A program made the position numbers and the translations under genes. A DNA stretch of 64,000 nucleotides from Rhizobiaceae bacterium (GTDB taxonomy: Bacteria > Pseudomonadota > Alphaproteobacteria > Rhizobiales > Rhizobiaceae): assembly GCA_050184585.1 (NCBI GenBank), contig JBFXAF010000009.1, forward strand, positions 37,695 through 101,694, read 5' to 3'. The notes under the pieces were generated by a model. It worked only from the letters and a program-made list of their open reading frames with translations. It searched no databases and was not told where the DNA came from. Position 1 is the stretch's first letter. Each line of letters starts with the position of its first letter. Of this stretch, positions 1-8,607 are shown piece after piece.

Positions 1-965
1 TCGCCCTCCTCGCCGTCCATGAGCCACCACTGGTAGCCATAGCCGAAGGCGGAATCGGAAGTGTCGCGCTTGCCCGGCATCAGGTGCGGAGCGTCCGGCG
101 TCACCGACGCCTTCACCCAAGAGGCCGGCACGATCTGCTTGCCGCGCCAGTTGCCGCCGTTGCGGAACAGCTCGCCGATCTTGGCGAAGTCGCGCGCCGT
201 CGCCTGCAGTCCGCCATAGGCCATCTCCATGCCGTCGGAATCGACCAGCCAGTGGCCGTCGGATTCCATGCCGAGCGGATGCCAGAGCTTTTCCTCCATG
301 TAGTCCCGGATCGGCCGCCCGGTGACCTTCGTCAGCAGCATGCCCAGCACCTGCGTGTCGATCGAATTGTAGAGGTTGAACGTGCCCGGTTCCCGCTGGC
401 GTTTCAGCCGCGCCGCCAGCGCGTTGAAGGAGCCGCCCACCGCGAACACCTCGATGAAGCGGTTGATGTCGGAATCGGGGTCCGAATAATCCTCGTTCCA
501 GCGCGCCCCGGACGACATCTGGAGCACGTCCCTGATGCGCGCGCCGTCATAGGCCGAGCCCTTGAGTTCCGGCAGATGGATCGCGATGTCGTCCTCGATG
601 TTCAATCCGGCCTCGGCCGCCGCGATGCCGAGCGCGGCCGAGGTGAAGCTCTTGGCAACCGACATCGAGGTCCAGTGCGTCCTCTCCCCGCCGGACAGCG
701 CATAGCGCTCCAGCCGCATCCTGCCGTCCTGGATCACCACCAGCGCCACCGTGTCGGTGAGCGAGAGGAACGCCTCGGTGGATTTCTCCTCGCTTTCGTG
801 CCGGTAGGTCTCGGGCAGCGTCAGCGGCTCGCCCTCGACAAAGGACATCGGCGTCGGCGAGGCGGTCATGGTGGCAATCGGAAAGATCTCGGCCAGCCGG
901 CGGAACACGCCGTGCATGCTCTTGCCCGAAAACATGCTCTGCGCGAATTCGAGACGTTCGCTCAT
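1..965 (-). CDS. serine hydrolase / beta-lactamase-fold protein, N-terminal part (3' end runs off the window)
   Basis: Manual minus-strand translation from ATG at 965: MSERLEFAQSMFSGKSMHGVFRRLAEIF...THWTSMSVAKSFTSAALGIAAAEAGL. It has an S-x-x-K motif (SVAK). The ORF is not in the track because it leaves the window. Its start overlaps the TetR stop. Confidence 0.7.
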   Translation of the reverse strand, partial: MSERLEFAQSMFSGKSMHGVFRRLAEIFPIATMTASPTPMSFVEGEPLTLPETYRHESEEKSTEAFLSLTDTVALVVIQDGRMRLERYALSGGERTHWTSMSVAKSFTSAALGIAAAEAGLNIEDDIAIHLPELKGSAYDGARIRDVLQMSSGARWNEDYSDPDSDINRFIEVFAVGGSFNALAARLKRQREPGTFNLYNSIDTQVLGMLLTKVTGRPIRDYMEEKLWHPLGMESDGHWLVDSDGMEMAYGGLQATARDFAKIGELFRNGGNWRGKQIVPASWVKASVTPDAPHLMPGKRDTSDSAFGYGYQWWLMDGEEG

Positions 966-1558
966 CGTCCTACCCCCTTCCGCTCGTCCAGCCGATCCAC
1001 CACCTGCTGCATCGCCGCCCGAAGCGTCCCCTTGCGCTTCGGCGCGATGCCGAAATCCCTCAGGCTGGTGTCGCCGAGCGCCAGCGCCAGGATCGCATAG
1101 GCCGCGCCCTGGCGCTCGGCGGAACTGCGGCCCGCTCTGTTCCGGGCCATGGCACCGACCAGCAGGTCGATCGCATAGTCGTACACCCCGTGCAGGCGCT
1201 CCCTGACATGCTGGTCGTATTTCGCCACATACCACAGTTCGCCCATGACCGTGTTGGTGAGTTCGTTGCCGAACACCTCGCCGGCGTAGAGATCGATGAG
1301 CCCGTCGAGGTCGGCCGCCCCCTTCTCGTCGCGGACGCGCGACAGGCTGGCTTCCGACCGGACCATCAAGCGTTCGATCAGCCGGTCCACCATGTCGTCG
1401 CGGTTGCCCATGAAGTAGCGCACGAGGCTGCGTGGCAGCGCCGCCTCGGCGGCCACGTCGGCCAGCGTCGTCGCGGCCAGCCCCTGCCGCGCCACGCAGG
1501 CCTCGAAGGCATGCATGATCTCCTCGCTGCGTTCCTCGAATTTCGGCGGTCGGCCCAT
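962..1558 (-). CDS. TetR/AcrR family transcriptional regulator
   Basis: 198 aa ORF with an N-terminal HTH (ATTLADVAAEAALPRSLVRYFMGNRDDMV) typical of the TetR family. Divergent from the SBP gene. Confidence 0.85.
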   Translation of the reverse strand: MGRPPKFEERSEEIMHAFEACVARQGLAATTLADVAAEAALPRSLVRYFMGNRDDMVDRLIERLMVRSEASLSRVRDEKGAADLDGLIDLYAGEVFGNELTNTVMGELWYVAKYDQHVRERLHGVYDYAIDLLVGAMARNRAGRSSAERQGAAYAILALALGDTSLRDFGIAPKRKGTLRAAMQQVVDRLDERKGVGR

Positions 1559-1570
1559 CGGTCAGCCTTT

Positions 1571-1588
1571 CCTGTCAGCGTTGACAGG
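1571..1588. promoter_or_regulatory. palindrome CCTGTCA-N4-TGACAGG, candidate TetR operator
   Basis: Perfect 7-bp inverted repeat in the 96-bp divergent intergenic region. Confidence 0.35.
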
Positions 1589-1607
1589 AAACCGGAACGG
1601 GAGTTTA

Positions 1608-1623
1608 TTGTCAATAATGACAA
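1608..1623. promoter_or_regulatory. palindrome TTGTCA-N4-TGACAA, second candidate TetR operator
   Basis: Shares the TGTCA-N4-TGACA core with the site at 1571..1588. Confidence 0.35.
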
Positions 1624-1654
1624 GAAACGCTCGACCAGAGCAAAGGGGAACGGC

Positions 1655-2737
1655 ATGTCTCTTTCGAAACTCACCAGTGCCCTGCTTGCCGCGTCGGTTA
1701 CCGGTGCGGCGCTGCTCACCGCCTTCGCCGGCCGCGCCGAGGACGCGCCGCTCACCGTCTTCGACTGGCCGGGCTACGAGGATCCCGCTTTGCACGCCGA
1801 CTATGCGGCGAAGCATGGCGGCTCGCCGGCCTTCGCCTTCTTCGGCGACGAGGACGAGGCCTTCGAGAAGCTGCGCACCGGCTTCAAGGCCGACCTCGCG
1901 CATCCCTGCGCCACCAATGTGGTGAAGTGGCGCGACGCGGGCCTGATCCAGCCGCTCGACACGTCGCGCATCGCGGCGTGGGACGACATCCTGCCGGGCA
2001 TCCGCGAGATCGACGATTTGATGGTCGACGCCGACGGCAAGGCTTGGTTCCTGCCCTTCGACTGGGGCAACACGCTGCTCACCTACCGGACCGATACGGT
2101 GCAGGAGGCGGACGTCGCGTCCCTGAAGGTCTTCGCCGATCCGAAGTTCAAGGACCGCATTTCGATCCCGGACAACACCGACGCGGCTTACGCGCTGGCG
2201 CTGCTGGCCGTCGGGGCGAACGACGTTCAGAAGGTCTCCGACGAGGATTTCGAAAAAGCCTCCGCCTTCCTGCGCGAGGTTCACAAGAACGTCCGGCTCT
2301 ACTGGGGCGACAATACCGAACTCGGCCAGGCGCTGGCCGGCGGCGAGGTCGACATCGCCTGGGCCTGGAACGAGACCGCCAACGCGCTCAAGGCCGCCGG
2401 CATGCCGGTTGCGGTCAGGAAGGACACGGCCGAGGGCATCGCGTCCTGGGTCTGCGGCTATGTGCATCTGAAGGACGCGCCGGGCAGCGTCGACGCCGTC
2501 TACGACTTCCTCAACGCCGCGACCGCGCCTGCCGTGTCGAACTACATGGTCACCGCTTGGGGCTACGGCCACGCCAACGGCAAGGGCATGGCGGCGGTCG
2601 ACCCGGCGGCGCTGGAGGCCGCGGGCCACAAGGATTTCGAGACGACGATGAAGACCTCGCTCTTCGCCGCGCCGATCGACCCGGCCATGAAGCAGAAATT
2701 CGTCGCCGAGTTCGAGAAGATCAAGGCGGGGTATTGA
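1655..2737 (+). CDS. ABC transporter periplasmic substrate-binding protein (PotD/PotF-like family), no adjacent permease/ATPase
   Basis: ATG 1655 begins a signal peptide (MSLSKLTSALLAASVTGAALLTAFAGRAED). Length and overall sequence look typical of spermidine/putrescine-type SBPs. The upstream part of track ORF 1190.. is antisense to the TetR gene. Confidence 0.8.
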   Translation: MSLSKLTSALLAASVTGAALLTAFAGRAEDAPLTVFDWPGYEDPALHADYAAKHGGSPAFAFFGDEDEAFEKLRTGFKADLAHPCATNVVKWRDAGLIQPLDTSRIAAWDDILPGIREIDDLMVDADGKAWFLPFDWGNTLLTYRTDTVQEADVASLKVFADPKFKDRISIPDNTDAAYALALLAVGANDVQKVSDEDFEKASAFLREVHKNVRLYWGDNTELGQALAGGEVDIAWAWNETANALKAAGMPVAVRKDTAEGIASWVCGYVHLKDAPGSVDAVYDFLNAATAPAVSNYMVTAWGYGHANGKGMAAVDPAALEAAGHKDFETTMKTSLFAAPIDPAMKQKFVAEFEKIKAGY

Positions 2738-2815
2738 GGGGTATCGGGTCAGCTTGAAATCTGCCGGCTCGCCAGTCGCCTAGCGCCCCCTCTCTATGTA
2801 TGCTCACCGGAAAGC

Positions 2816-3118
2816 ATGGAACCTCGGAAAATGGCTCGGATGTTTGAGCGGTCCTTCGGAGGCAGGTCGGTGGACTTTGGCGTCTCCGACTCGCGACCTT
2901 ATGTTGCACCAACACCAAGGTCGAAGCGATCTGGCAAGCTAAAGGCGCCGACCATTCAGCAACCGCGTTCAGAGGAAAGTCGACTGCGAGACGAGTATGC
3001 GTTCTATAAGCGCGAAGAGAAGCGCCAACGTCGTGCCGGCACTGATAGATGGATCAAGCCGTTCCAACTATGCTTGGAGATTGAACGCTATTTCCAGATG
3101 CGCGGGAAAGTCTTGTGA
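2816..3118 (+). CDS. hypothetical small basic protein (uncertain)
   Basis: 100 aa ORF inside the low-GC islet, very basic, with no recognisable motif. Confidence 0.25.
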   Translation: MEPRKMARMFERSFGGRSVDFGVSDSRPYVAPTPRSKRSGKLKAPTIQQPRSEESRLRDEYAFYKREEKRQRRAGTDRWIKPFQLCLEIERYFQMRGKVL

Positions 3119-3347
3119 TGGCTACAAGGACCTAGCGCCCAAAAGCGCGGACTAACGTTATCGGCCATGCCGTGAGGGTCATGCGCATTGAGATAGCTAA
3201 GAAGCGGAGAATTGCAGCAGGCACCGGACCGAGCGCTGAGATTGCGAAGATAGCACAGTAATGCCCGTGGAGAAACAAATACCCTGCTAGACACAGGGAC
3301 AGGATTTGGGTAGTAGGGTATGCACGAGTCAGGACAGGACTTTTGCG

Positions 3348-4025
3348 ATGCCCGATTACCAAGAGGCGCTTGATAGCGCATTTCCCGAACACACCTACGG
3401 CGATACCATTCGCGCGTTGCGGGAGGGTGTTGCGCTCGGCGACGATGCCGTCAAAAGCCTCCCCTTTCTGGATACTCCAGTTGGAAAAGATTTCCGTGGG
3501 CTGGTGCGTCGCGCTGGCGTGATGTTTCGAATACATCAACTCTGTGAAGCTGGCGATCTGCCGTTCGTCGCTGAATTCACACCAATGCCCATTGGCAGCT
3601 GGCATTGGCTAGAAATCCGCAGCGGTCAATGTCGCGGCTTTCTGGTGAGGACGGTGGATAAAGACGCGTTCCCCGAAGATACACCGAACCAGCAGGACAA
3701 GCGCCACTCTAATCAGATCGAGATGTTCGATGACCCGAAGGTCGTCCAACTGCCGACTGCCAAGCTGTACACCGCGTGGCTATGTTACGGAGCCACCAAG
3801 AACGGAGCGCTGAGTCATGCCCTATGGGGTCTCCCGAGCGGGCAGGAGACCGAAACATGGCTGGCTCGGCGGGATGCCCTGAACGCCGTCCGCACAGTAG
3901 TTGTTAGACCTGAAGAAGCGAAGCGCCCCGCGGTGAATCCGCGTGATGCTATGAAATTTCGGGAGGAGGTTCAGGAAGCGCTGGAGCAGCAAAAGGGCGA
4001 GATCGATTCCGGCCAAGAGAAATGA
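3348..4025 (+). CDS. hypothetical protein, no recognisable domain (candidate toxin/effector of the islet module)
   Basis: First in-frame ATG is at 3348, with AGGACAGGA upstream; the track starts at TTG 3306. No TM segment or signal peptide. The stop overlaps the next ATG (ATGA at 4022..4025). Confidence 0.6.
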   Translation: MPDYQEALDSAFPEHTYGDTIRALREGVALGDDAVKSLPFLDTPVGKDFRGLVRRAGVMFRIHQLCEAGDLPFVAEFTPMPIGSWHWLEIRSGQCRGFLVRTVDKDAFPEDTPNQQDKRHSNQIEMFDDPKVVQLPTAKLYTAWLCYGATKNGALSHALWGLPSGQETETWLARRDALNAVRTVVVRPEEAKRPAVNPRDAMKFREEVQEALEQQKGEIDSGQEK

Positions 4026-5137
4026 CGAGCGAGCAGCATAAGGTGATCCCGGAGCGAATCCGGGAGGCGCGCGAAGCGGCTGGTTTGACCGACGAGCAAT
4101 TCGCTGATGCGATTGGCGTCTCGCGCGGTGCAGTTGGCCATTATGAGACTGGTTTGAGCGCGCCTAGGGGCGAAGTGTATGCCCGAATCATAGATGTGAC
4201 GGGACAGCCGCCGTCGTTTTTCACAACGCCTCGAAATAGGTCAGTATCCCGCTTCCGCATGCCTAATTGGCGCAGCTTGAAACGGATGCAGAGACCAGAG
4301 CGGTTGCGCATTGCTCGCCGGTTGGAATGGGCTTTCGACATCACGTCCTACCTAGAGCGGTTTATTGAACTGCCCCCCGTTCGATTGCCCGAAATCGATT
4401 TCGACTATGAGAACGACGACGACGACAAGATTGAATCTGTCGCAGAGGCGGTTCGAAAGCTCTGGGGGCTTGCCTATGAGCCGGTAACTGACCTTACCGC
4501 TGTGCTTGAATTCAACGGCTGCATCTTGATTGAAGAGTATGTGAAATGCGAGGACATGGATGCGGTTTCTCGCTGGCAAGGAGGGCGCCCCTATATCCTC
4601 TATTCCAAAGAAGTGCAGAGCACCTCGCGTACACTTTTCAATCTAGCCCATGAACTTGGTCATATCGTCCTACATGCCTCTGTCGAGGTAACCAGCAAGA
4701 ATCTAGACAAGATTGAACGACAGGCAAACAGGTTTGCTGGTGCATTTCTGTTGCCAAGGAAGCAGTTCGCTTCCGAGGTCGCAAGTACCTCCATAGACTA
4801 TTTATTGGCAATGAAACAGCGATGGCGTGTAGCAGTCGCTGCAATGGTTTATCGTTGCAAAGACCTTGAAATTCTAAACCCTATTCAGGTCCAGTATATT
4901 TGGAAGCAAATGAACATGCGGCGTATTCGTAAGAGGGAGCCGCTGGATAATGCGTTTAATCTGCCTTCACCGACAGTTTTGGCGACGGGCGTGCGAATGT
5001 TGATTGAGCACCGTGTTCAGCCAAAGGCACAGATTGTGGGCGCGCTGGCATTGAACACCTTCGATATCGAAAGTCTCAGTGGCTTGCAAAGGGAAGAACT
5101 GCAAACCAAGGTTGTCCAGTTGCGGCTTATAAAGTAA
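4022..5137 (+). CDS. XRE-family HTH fused to ImmA/IrrE (M78, COG2856-type) zinc metallopeptidase
   Basis: N-terminal HTH (LTDEQFADAIGVSRGAVGHYETG). Intact HEXXH (HELGH, aa 210-214, nt 4649..4663) in the context FNLAHELGHIVLH. Confidence 0.85.
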   Translation: MTSEQHKVIPERIREAREAAGLTDEQFADAIGVSRGAVGHYETGLSAPRGEVYARIIDVTGQPPSFFTTPRNRSVSRFRMPNWRSLKRMQRPERLRIARRLEWAFDITSYLERFIELPPVRLPEIDFDYENDDDDKIESVAEAVRKLWGLAYEPVTDLTAVLEFNGCILIEEYVKCEDMDAVSRWQGGRPYILYSKEVQSTSRTLFNLAHELGHIVLHASVEVTSKNLDKIERQANRFAGAFLLPRKQFASEVASTSIDYLLAMKQRWRVAVAAMVYRCKDLEILNPIQVQYIWKQMNMRRIRKREPLDNAFNLPSPTVLATGVRMLIEHRVQPKAQIVGALALNTFDIESLSGLQREELQTKVVQLRLIK

Positions 5138-5441
5138 ATATTTAGTACTTGGTGCCGAGCATTAAAATTTTCATATAGAGGTAGACGAGTCGGTTTTCAC
5201 CTGAAATCGAGTCCAAACTTTCACGATTGCGAGGGGGCGGCTGACGTCTCCGAACCGATGACGACGTGGTTGCGATGATTGACGCGGTTTCGTCCTACAA
5301 GCGCGGCAAGGCAGATTCCGACTGAAACACTGCCGGCACCCGCGACCATTTTTCCTCTGACATCACGCGGCATTTCGGTATGTTGCCGGCCGCGATGTCG
5401 GGCTGGCCCGGCGAAAGGACCCTTTCAACCGGGAGCCCCCG

Positions 5442-6623
5442 ATGTCCGGCCGGCCCGTATCCATCTTCCGCGAGTTCATCGACAGCGAATCCTCCGGCGG
5501 CATCGTCCTGATGGCGGCCGCCGCACTTGCGCTCGTCGTCGCGAACTCGGCGCTCGCGCCCGTCTACTTCGATACGCTGCATGCCTATCTCGGGCCGCTG
5601 AGCGTCTCCCACTGGATCAATGACGGCCTGATGGCGGTCTTCTTCCTGCTGGTCGGGCTGGAGATCAAGCGCGAGGTTCTCGACGGCCAGCTCTCCACCT
5701 GGCCGCGCCGCATTCTTCCAGGCATCGCCGCCGCCGGCGGCATGGTCGTGCCGGCGCTGATCTACGTGGCGCTCAACATCGACAATCCCGGCGCGCTGCG
5801 CGGCTGGGCGATCCCGACCGCCACCGACATCGCCTTCGCACTCGGCGTGCTGTCGCTGCTCGGCAGCCGCGTGCCGGCGTCGCTGAAGGTCTTTCTCACC
5901 GCGCTCGCCATCATCGACGACCTCGGCGCCGTCGTCATCATCGCGCTGTTCTACACAGGCGGCCTGGAAGTCTGGTGGCTGGCCGCCGCCTTCTTCATCC
6001 TGGCCCTCCTCGTCGGTCTCGGCCGCATGAAGGTCGACACGCTCTGGCCCTATCTCGCGCTCGGCCTGATGTTGTGGTTCTGCGTGCTCCAGTCGGGCGT
6101 CCACGCCACGCTCGCCGGCGTCGCGCTCGCCATGACCATCCCGCTGAAGCGCGCGCCCGGCATCGAACACGACCTCGAGGAATCGCCGCTGCACCGGCTG
6201 GAGCACGCGATCAGCAAGGTCGTGCCCTTCGTGATCGTGCCCGTCTTCGGCTTCGCCAATGCCGGCGTCTCCTTCGCCGGCATGACGCCCGCGGCGCTGC
6301 TCGATCCGCTCACCCTCGGCGTCGCGCTCGGCCTCGTCCTCGGCAAGCTCGTCGGTGTCTTCGGCACCACCTTCATCGCCGTCAGGTCCGGCCTGTCGGA
6401 CATGCCGGCCAATGCCGGCTGGTCTCATGTGCTTGGCGTTTCCCTGCTCTGCGGAATCGGCTTCACCATGAGCCTCTTCATCGGCCTGCTCGCCTTCGCC
6501 GACGACGTCGGTCTCCAGGACGACGTCAAGGTCGGAATCCTGACCGGCTCGCTCGTCGCCGCCCTGCTCGGAGCGGCGATCCTCGCGCTGGGTCCGAGGC
6601 CGTCGCCCGACCTCGCGGAGTGA
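5442..6623 (+). CDS. nhaA: Na+/H+ antiporter NhaA
   Basis: 393 aa polytopic protein with NhaA-typical motifs (HWINDGLMAVFFLLVGLEIKRE, IPTATDIAFALGV). Confidence 0.95.
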   Translation: MSGRPVSIFREFIDSESSGGIVLMAAAALALVVANSALAPVYFDTLHAYLGPLSVSHWINDGLMAVFFLLVGLEIKREVLDGQLSTWPRRILPGIAAAGGMVVPALIYVALNIDNPGALRGWAIPTATDIAFALGVLSLLGSRVPASLKVFLTALAIIDDLGAVVIIALFYTGGLEVWWLAAAFFILALLVGLGRMKVDTLWPYLALGLMLWFCVLQSGVHATLAGVALAMTIPLKRAPGIEHDLEESPLHRLEHAISKVVPFVIVPVFGFANAGVSFAGMTPAALLDPLTLGVALGLVLGKLVGVFGTTFIAVRSGLSDMPANAGWSHVLGVSLLCGIGFTMSLFIGLLAFADDVGLQDDVKVGILTGSLVAALLGAAILALGPRPSPDLAE

Positions 6624-6836
6624 CGGCGCGACTTCTCGGCGGAATCGCGCGCCCGTAACGCCCGAACGGCGGAATCCGGGCCCGTTTTCCTGGACAGGGA
6701 GGGCCTGTGAACAAATTTGGCGGACCCTGGCGGCACGGTCGCGCGCATGTGCTTGAAATGTCGGGAAAGATCGCGCGTCGAATTCTTCGCGGCGAGAAAA
6801 TCGATCCACCTGCCCGATCCCTCCCATATGGGGGGA

Positions 6837-8123
6837 TCAGATCCTGTCCCTCAGCGCGTACCAGTTGAGCGCGAGGAAGAGCAGCACCGAGCGGAAGCGG
6901 TCTCCGCCTGGGAAAGCCGGGATCTTCAGCTCCTCGAAGAGTTTCAGGCGGTCGCGGTTGCCCGCCACCGTTTCGGCGTAGAGCTTGCCGACGAAATTCG
7001 ACAGCATCACCCCATGCCCGGAATAGCCGCCGGCCGAGATCACGTTCGGCATCACCTCGCGCACGAACGGCTTTCGCGGCACGGTGATGCCCACGTAGCC
7101 GCCCCAGCCATGCGTGATCTCGACATCCTTAAGTGCTGGATATATCTCGGCAATCTGCCGGCGGATCGCGGCCGGGATGTCCTTCGGATCGGTGACGGCG
7201 TAGATCTCGCGCCCGCCGAAGAGTAGCCGCCCGTCCTTCGATTTCCGAAAATAGCGCACCACGAAACGCGAATCGTCGACCGATTCCCCGCCCGGCAGCA
7301 CCGGACTGTCCGAACCCAGCGGCACGGTCGCGCCGATGAACGAGCCGATCGGCATGATGTGCGACGTGCTCTGTTCTTCCAGCCCGGCATTGTAGGCGTT
7401 GGTGGCGATCAACCCCTTGTCGGCGTTGACTAATCCGGTCGGCGTCGTGACCACGACCTTGCCACCTTTGCTCTCGATCTTCAGCGCCCTGGTGTTCTCA
7501 TGCAGCTTCGCGCCGGCCTCGGCAGCCACGCGCGCCGTGCCGATGACCAGCTTGAGCGGGTGGATATGGCCGGTGCCGGTGTCGCGCGTGCCGCCGAAAT
7601 AGCGAGTGGAACCAAGGCGTTCCGCCGTTTCGGCCGCATCCATGAACGTGACGTGGTCATAGCCGGCGCGCTCCCGCATGTAGTCGGCGTACTTCCGGTA
7701 GTCGTCGACATAGCGCTTCTTGTGCGCGACCGAGAGCTGGCCCGGCGCGTAGTCGATCTCGATGCCGTTTGTCTCAGCGAAATCAAGAAGATGCGCCTTT
7801 GCCTCCTCGGCGAGGTCGAACAGGGCCTTGGCGCGTGTCCAGCCCCAGGCGGCCTCCATCTCGTCGAGCGACCCGCGCTGTCCGGTGCCGAGTTGCCCGC
7901 CATTGCGGCCCGACGCCCCATCGCCGAACCGGTTGGCGTCGATCAGCACGACGCTGGCTCCCGACTTGGCGAGATGCGTCGCCGCGGAAAGCCCGGTGAA
8001 TCCGCCGCCGACGATGGCGACGTCGGCCGATACCGACCCGTCAAGCGGCTGATATTGCGGACGTTCTCCCGCGGTGTCTTCGTACCAGGAGACGCCGGGG
8101 GAGATGGGGGACTGGTAGGTCAT
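6837..8123 (-). CDS. FAD-dependent oxidoreductase (DAO family, gamma-glutamylputrescine oxidase PuuB-like)
   Basis: Dinucleotide-binding motif VAIVGGGFTGLSAA. ATG at 8123 (MTYQSP...); the track extension to 8255 reads through the octamer repeat. Confidence 0.8.
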   Translation of the reverse strand: MTYQSPISPGVSWYEDTAGERPQYQPLDGSVSADVAIVGGGFTGLSAATHLAKSGASVVLIDANRFGDGASGRNGGQLGTGQRGSLDEMEAAWGWTRAKALFDLAEEAKAHLLDFAETNGIEIDYAPGQLSVAHKKRYVDDYRKYADYMRERAGYDHVTFMDAAETAERLGSTRYFGGTRDTGTGHIHPLKLVIGTARVAAEAGAKLHENTRALKIESKGGKVVVTTPTGLVNADKGLIATNAYNAGLEEQSTSHIMPIGSFIGATVPLGSDSPVLPGGESVDDSRFVVRYFRKSKDGRLLFGGREIYAVTDPKDIPAAIRRQIAEIYPALKDVEITHGWGGYVGITVPRKPFVREVMPNVISAGGYSGHGVMLSNFVGKLYAETVAGNRDRLKLFEELKIPAFPGGDRFRSVLLFLALNWYALRDRI

Positions 8124-8138
8124 CAGGGCAATAGGTGA

Positions 8139-8157
8139 GTAGGGCAGTAGGGCAGTA
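8139..8157. repeat. 2.4 copies of GGCAGTAG (reverse complement of the CTACTGCC octamer)
   Basis: Sequence gtag ggcagtag ggcagta, read directly. Inverted relative to the array at 8540..8607. Confidence 0.85.
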
Positions 8158-8160
8158 TGT

Positions 8161-8535
8161 TCATGGCTGTCCTTCAGACAACTTGCGGATAAGAAGCCGG
8201 AGGAGTTTGCCGACGCTTTCAGCGCGACTGAGCAATTCTCCGGTTGATTGATCACTGGCCAGGCCGATCCGGTTCGCGATCAAGAGGTGGGTCTCGAGTT
8301 CTTTGAGCGAACCCTGGGCTATGCGTAGAAACTGTTGATACGAACCACGGTTCTCCCGAGCAAATCCCTCGGCGATGTTTGCGGGGATCGAGGTTGCGGC
8401 CCGCCGCGCTTGCGAGGTCAGCCCATACAGTTCCTCACGGGGCCAACGTTTGGTTTCGGCATAGGTCGCGACGACCAGATCCATGGCCTGTTGCCAGACG
8501 ATCAGATCCTTGTAGGACTCAATTGGTGCAGTCAT
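8161..8535 (-). CDS. four-helix-bundle protein (23S rRNA intervening-sequence protein / Avd family)
   Basis: 124 aa with typical family sequence (YKDLIVWQQAMDLVV...SIPANIAEGFAR...FLRIAQGSLKELETHL). Confidence 0.85.
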   Translation of the reverse strand: MTAPIESYKDLIVWQQAMDLVVATYAETKRWPREELYGLTSQARRAATSIPANIAEGFARENRGSYQQFLRIAQGSLKELETHLLIANRIGLASDQSTGELLSRAESVGKLLRLLIRKLSEGQP

Positions 8536-8539
8536 CTTC

Positions 8540-8607
8540 CTACTGCCCTACTGCCCTACTGCCCTACTGCCCTACTGCCCTACTGCCCTACTGCCCTACT
8601 GCCCTAC
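8540..8607. repeat. tandem octamer CTACTGCC x 8.5
   Basis: Counted directly: 8 perfect copies at 8540..8603 plus ctac. Lies between the 4HB start codon (8535) and the GS-like stop (8613). Confidence 0.95.

Noticed and set aside
84-1100. 338-aa plus-strand ORF at the window start
   Set aside because: It is antisense to the serine-hydrolase gene, which has an SxxK motif on the minus strand. Its translation is Arg/His-rich.
3132-3605. 157-aa minus-strand ORF in the islet
   Set aside because: It overlaps the start of the more coherent + strand ORF, which is translationally coupled to the XRE-M78 gene. It has no RBS or motif. I cannot fully exclude a short membrane peptide at its 3' end.
2760-5290. 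Islet as a prophage remnant, IS element or integrative element
   Set aside because: No integrase, transposase or recombinase ORF, no tRNA/tmRNA target, and no terminal inverted or direct repeats that I could find by eye.
5295-6827. 510-aa minus-strand ORF
   Set aside because: It is antisense to the clearly recognisable nhaA gene, has a low-complexity R/D/E/G-rich translation, and no motifs.
8161-8535. Avd-like gene as part of a diversity-generating retroelement
   Set aside because: No reverse transcriptase ORF and no template/variable repeat pair are visible within several kb on either side.
8540-8607. Possible CRISPR array
   Set aside because: The units are 8 bp, directly abutting with no spacers, and there are no cas genes. 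It is a simple tandem repeat.
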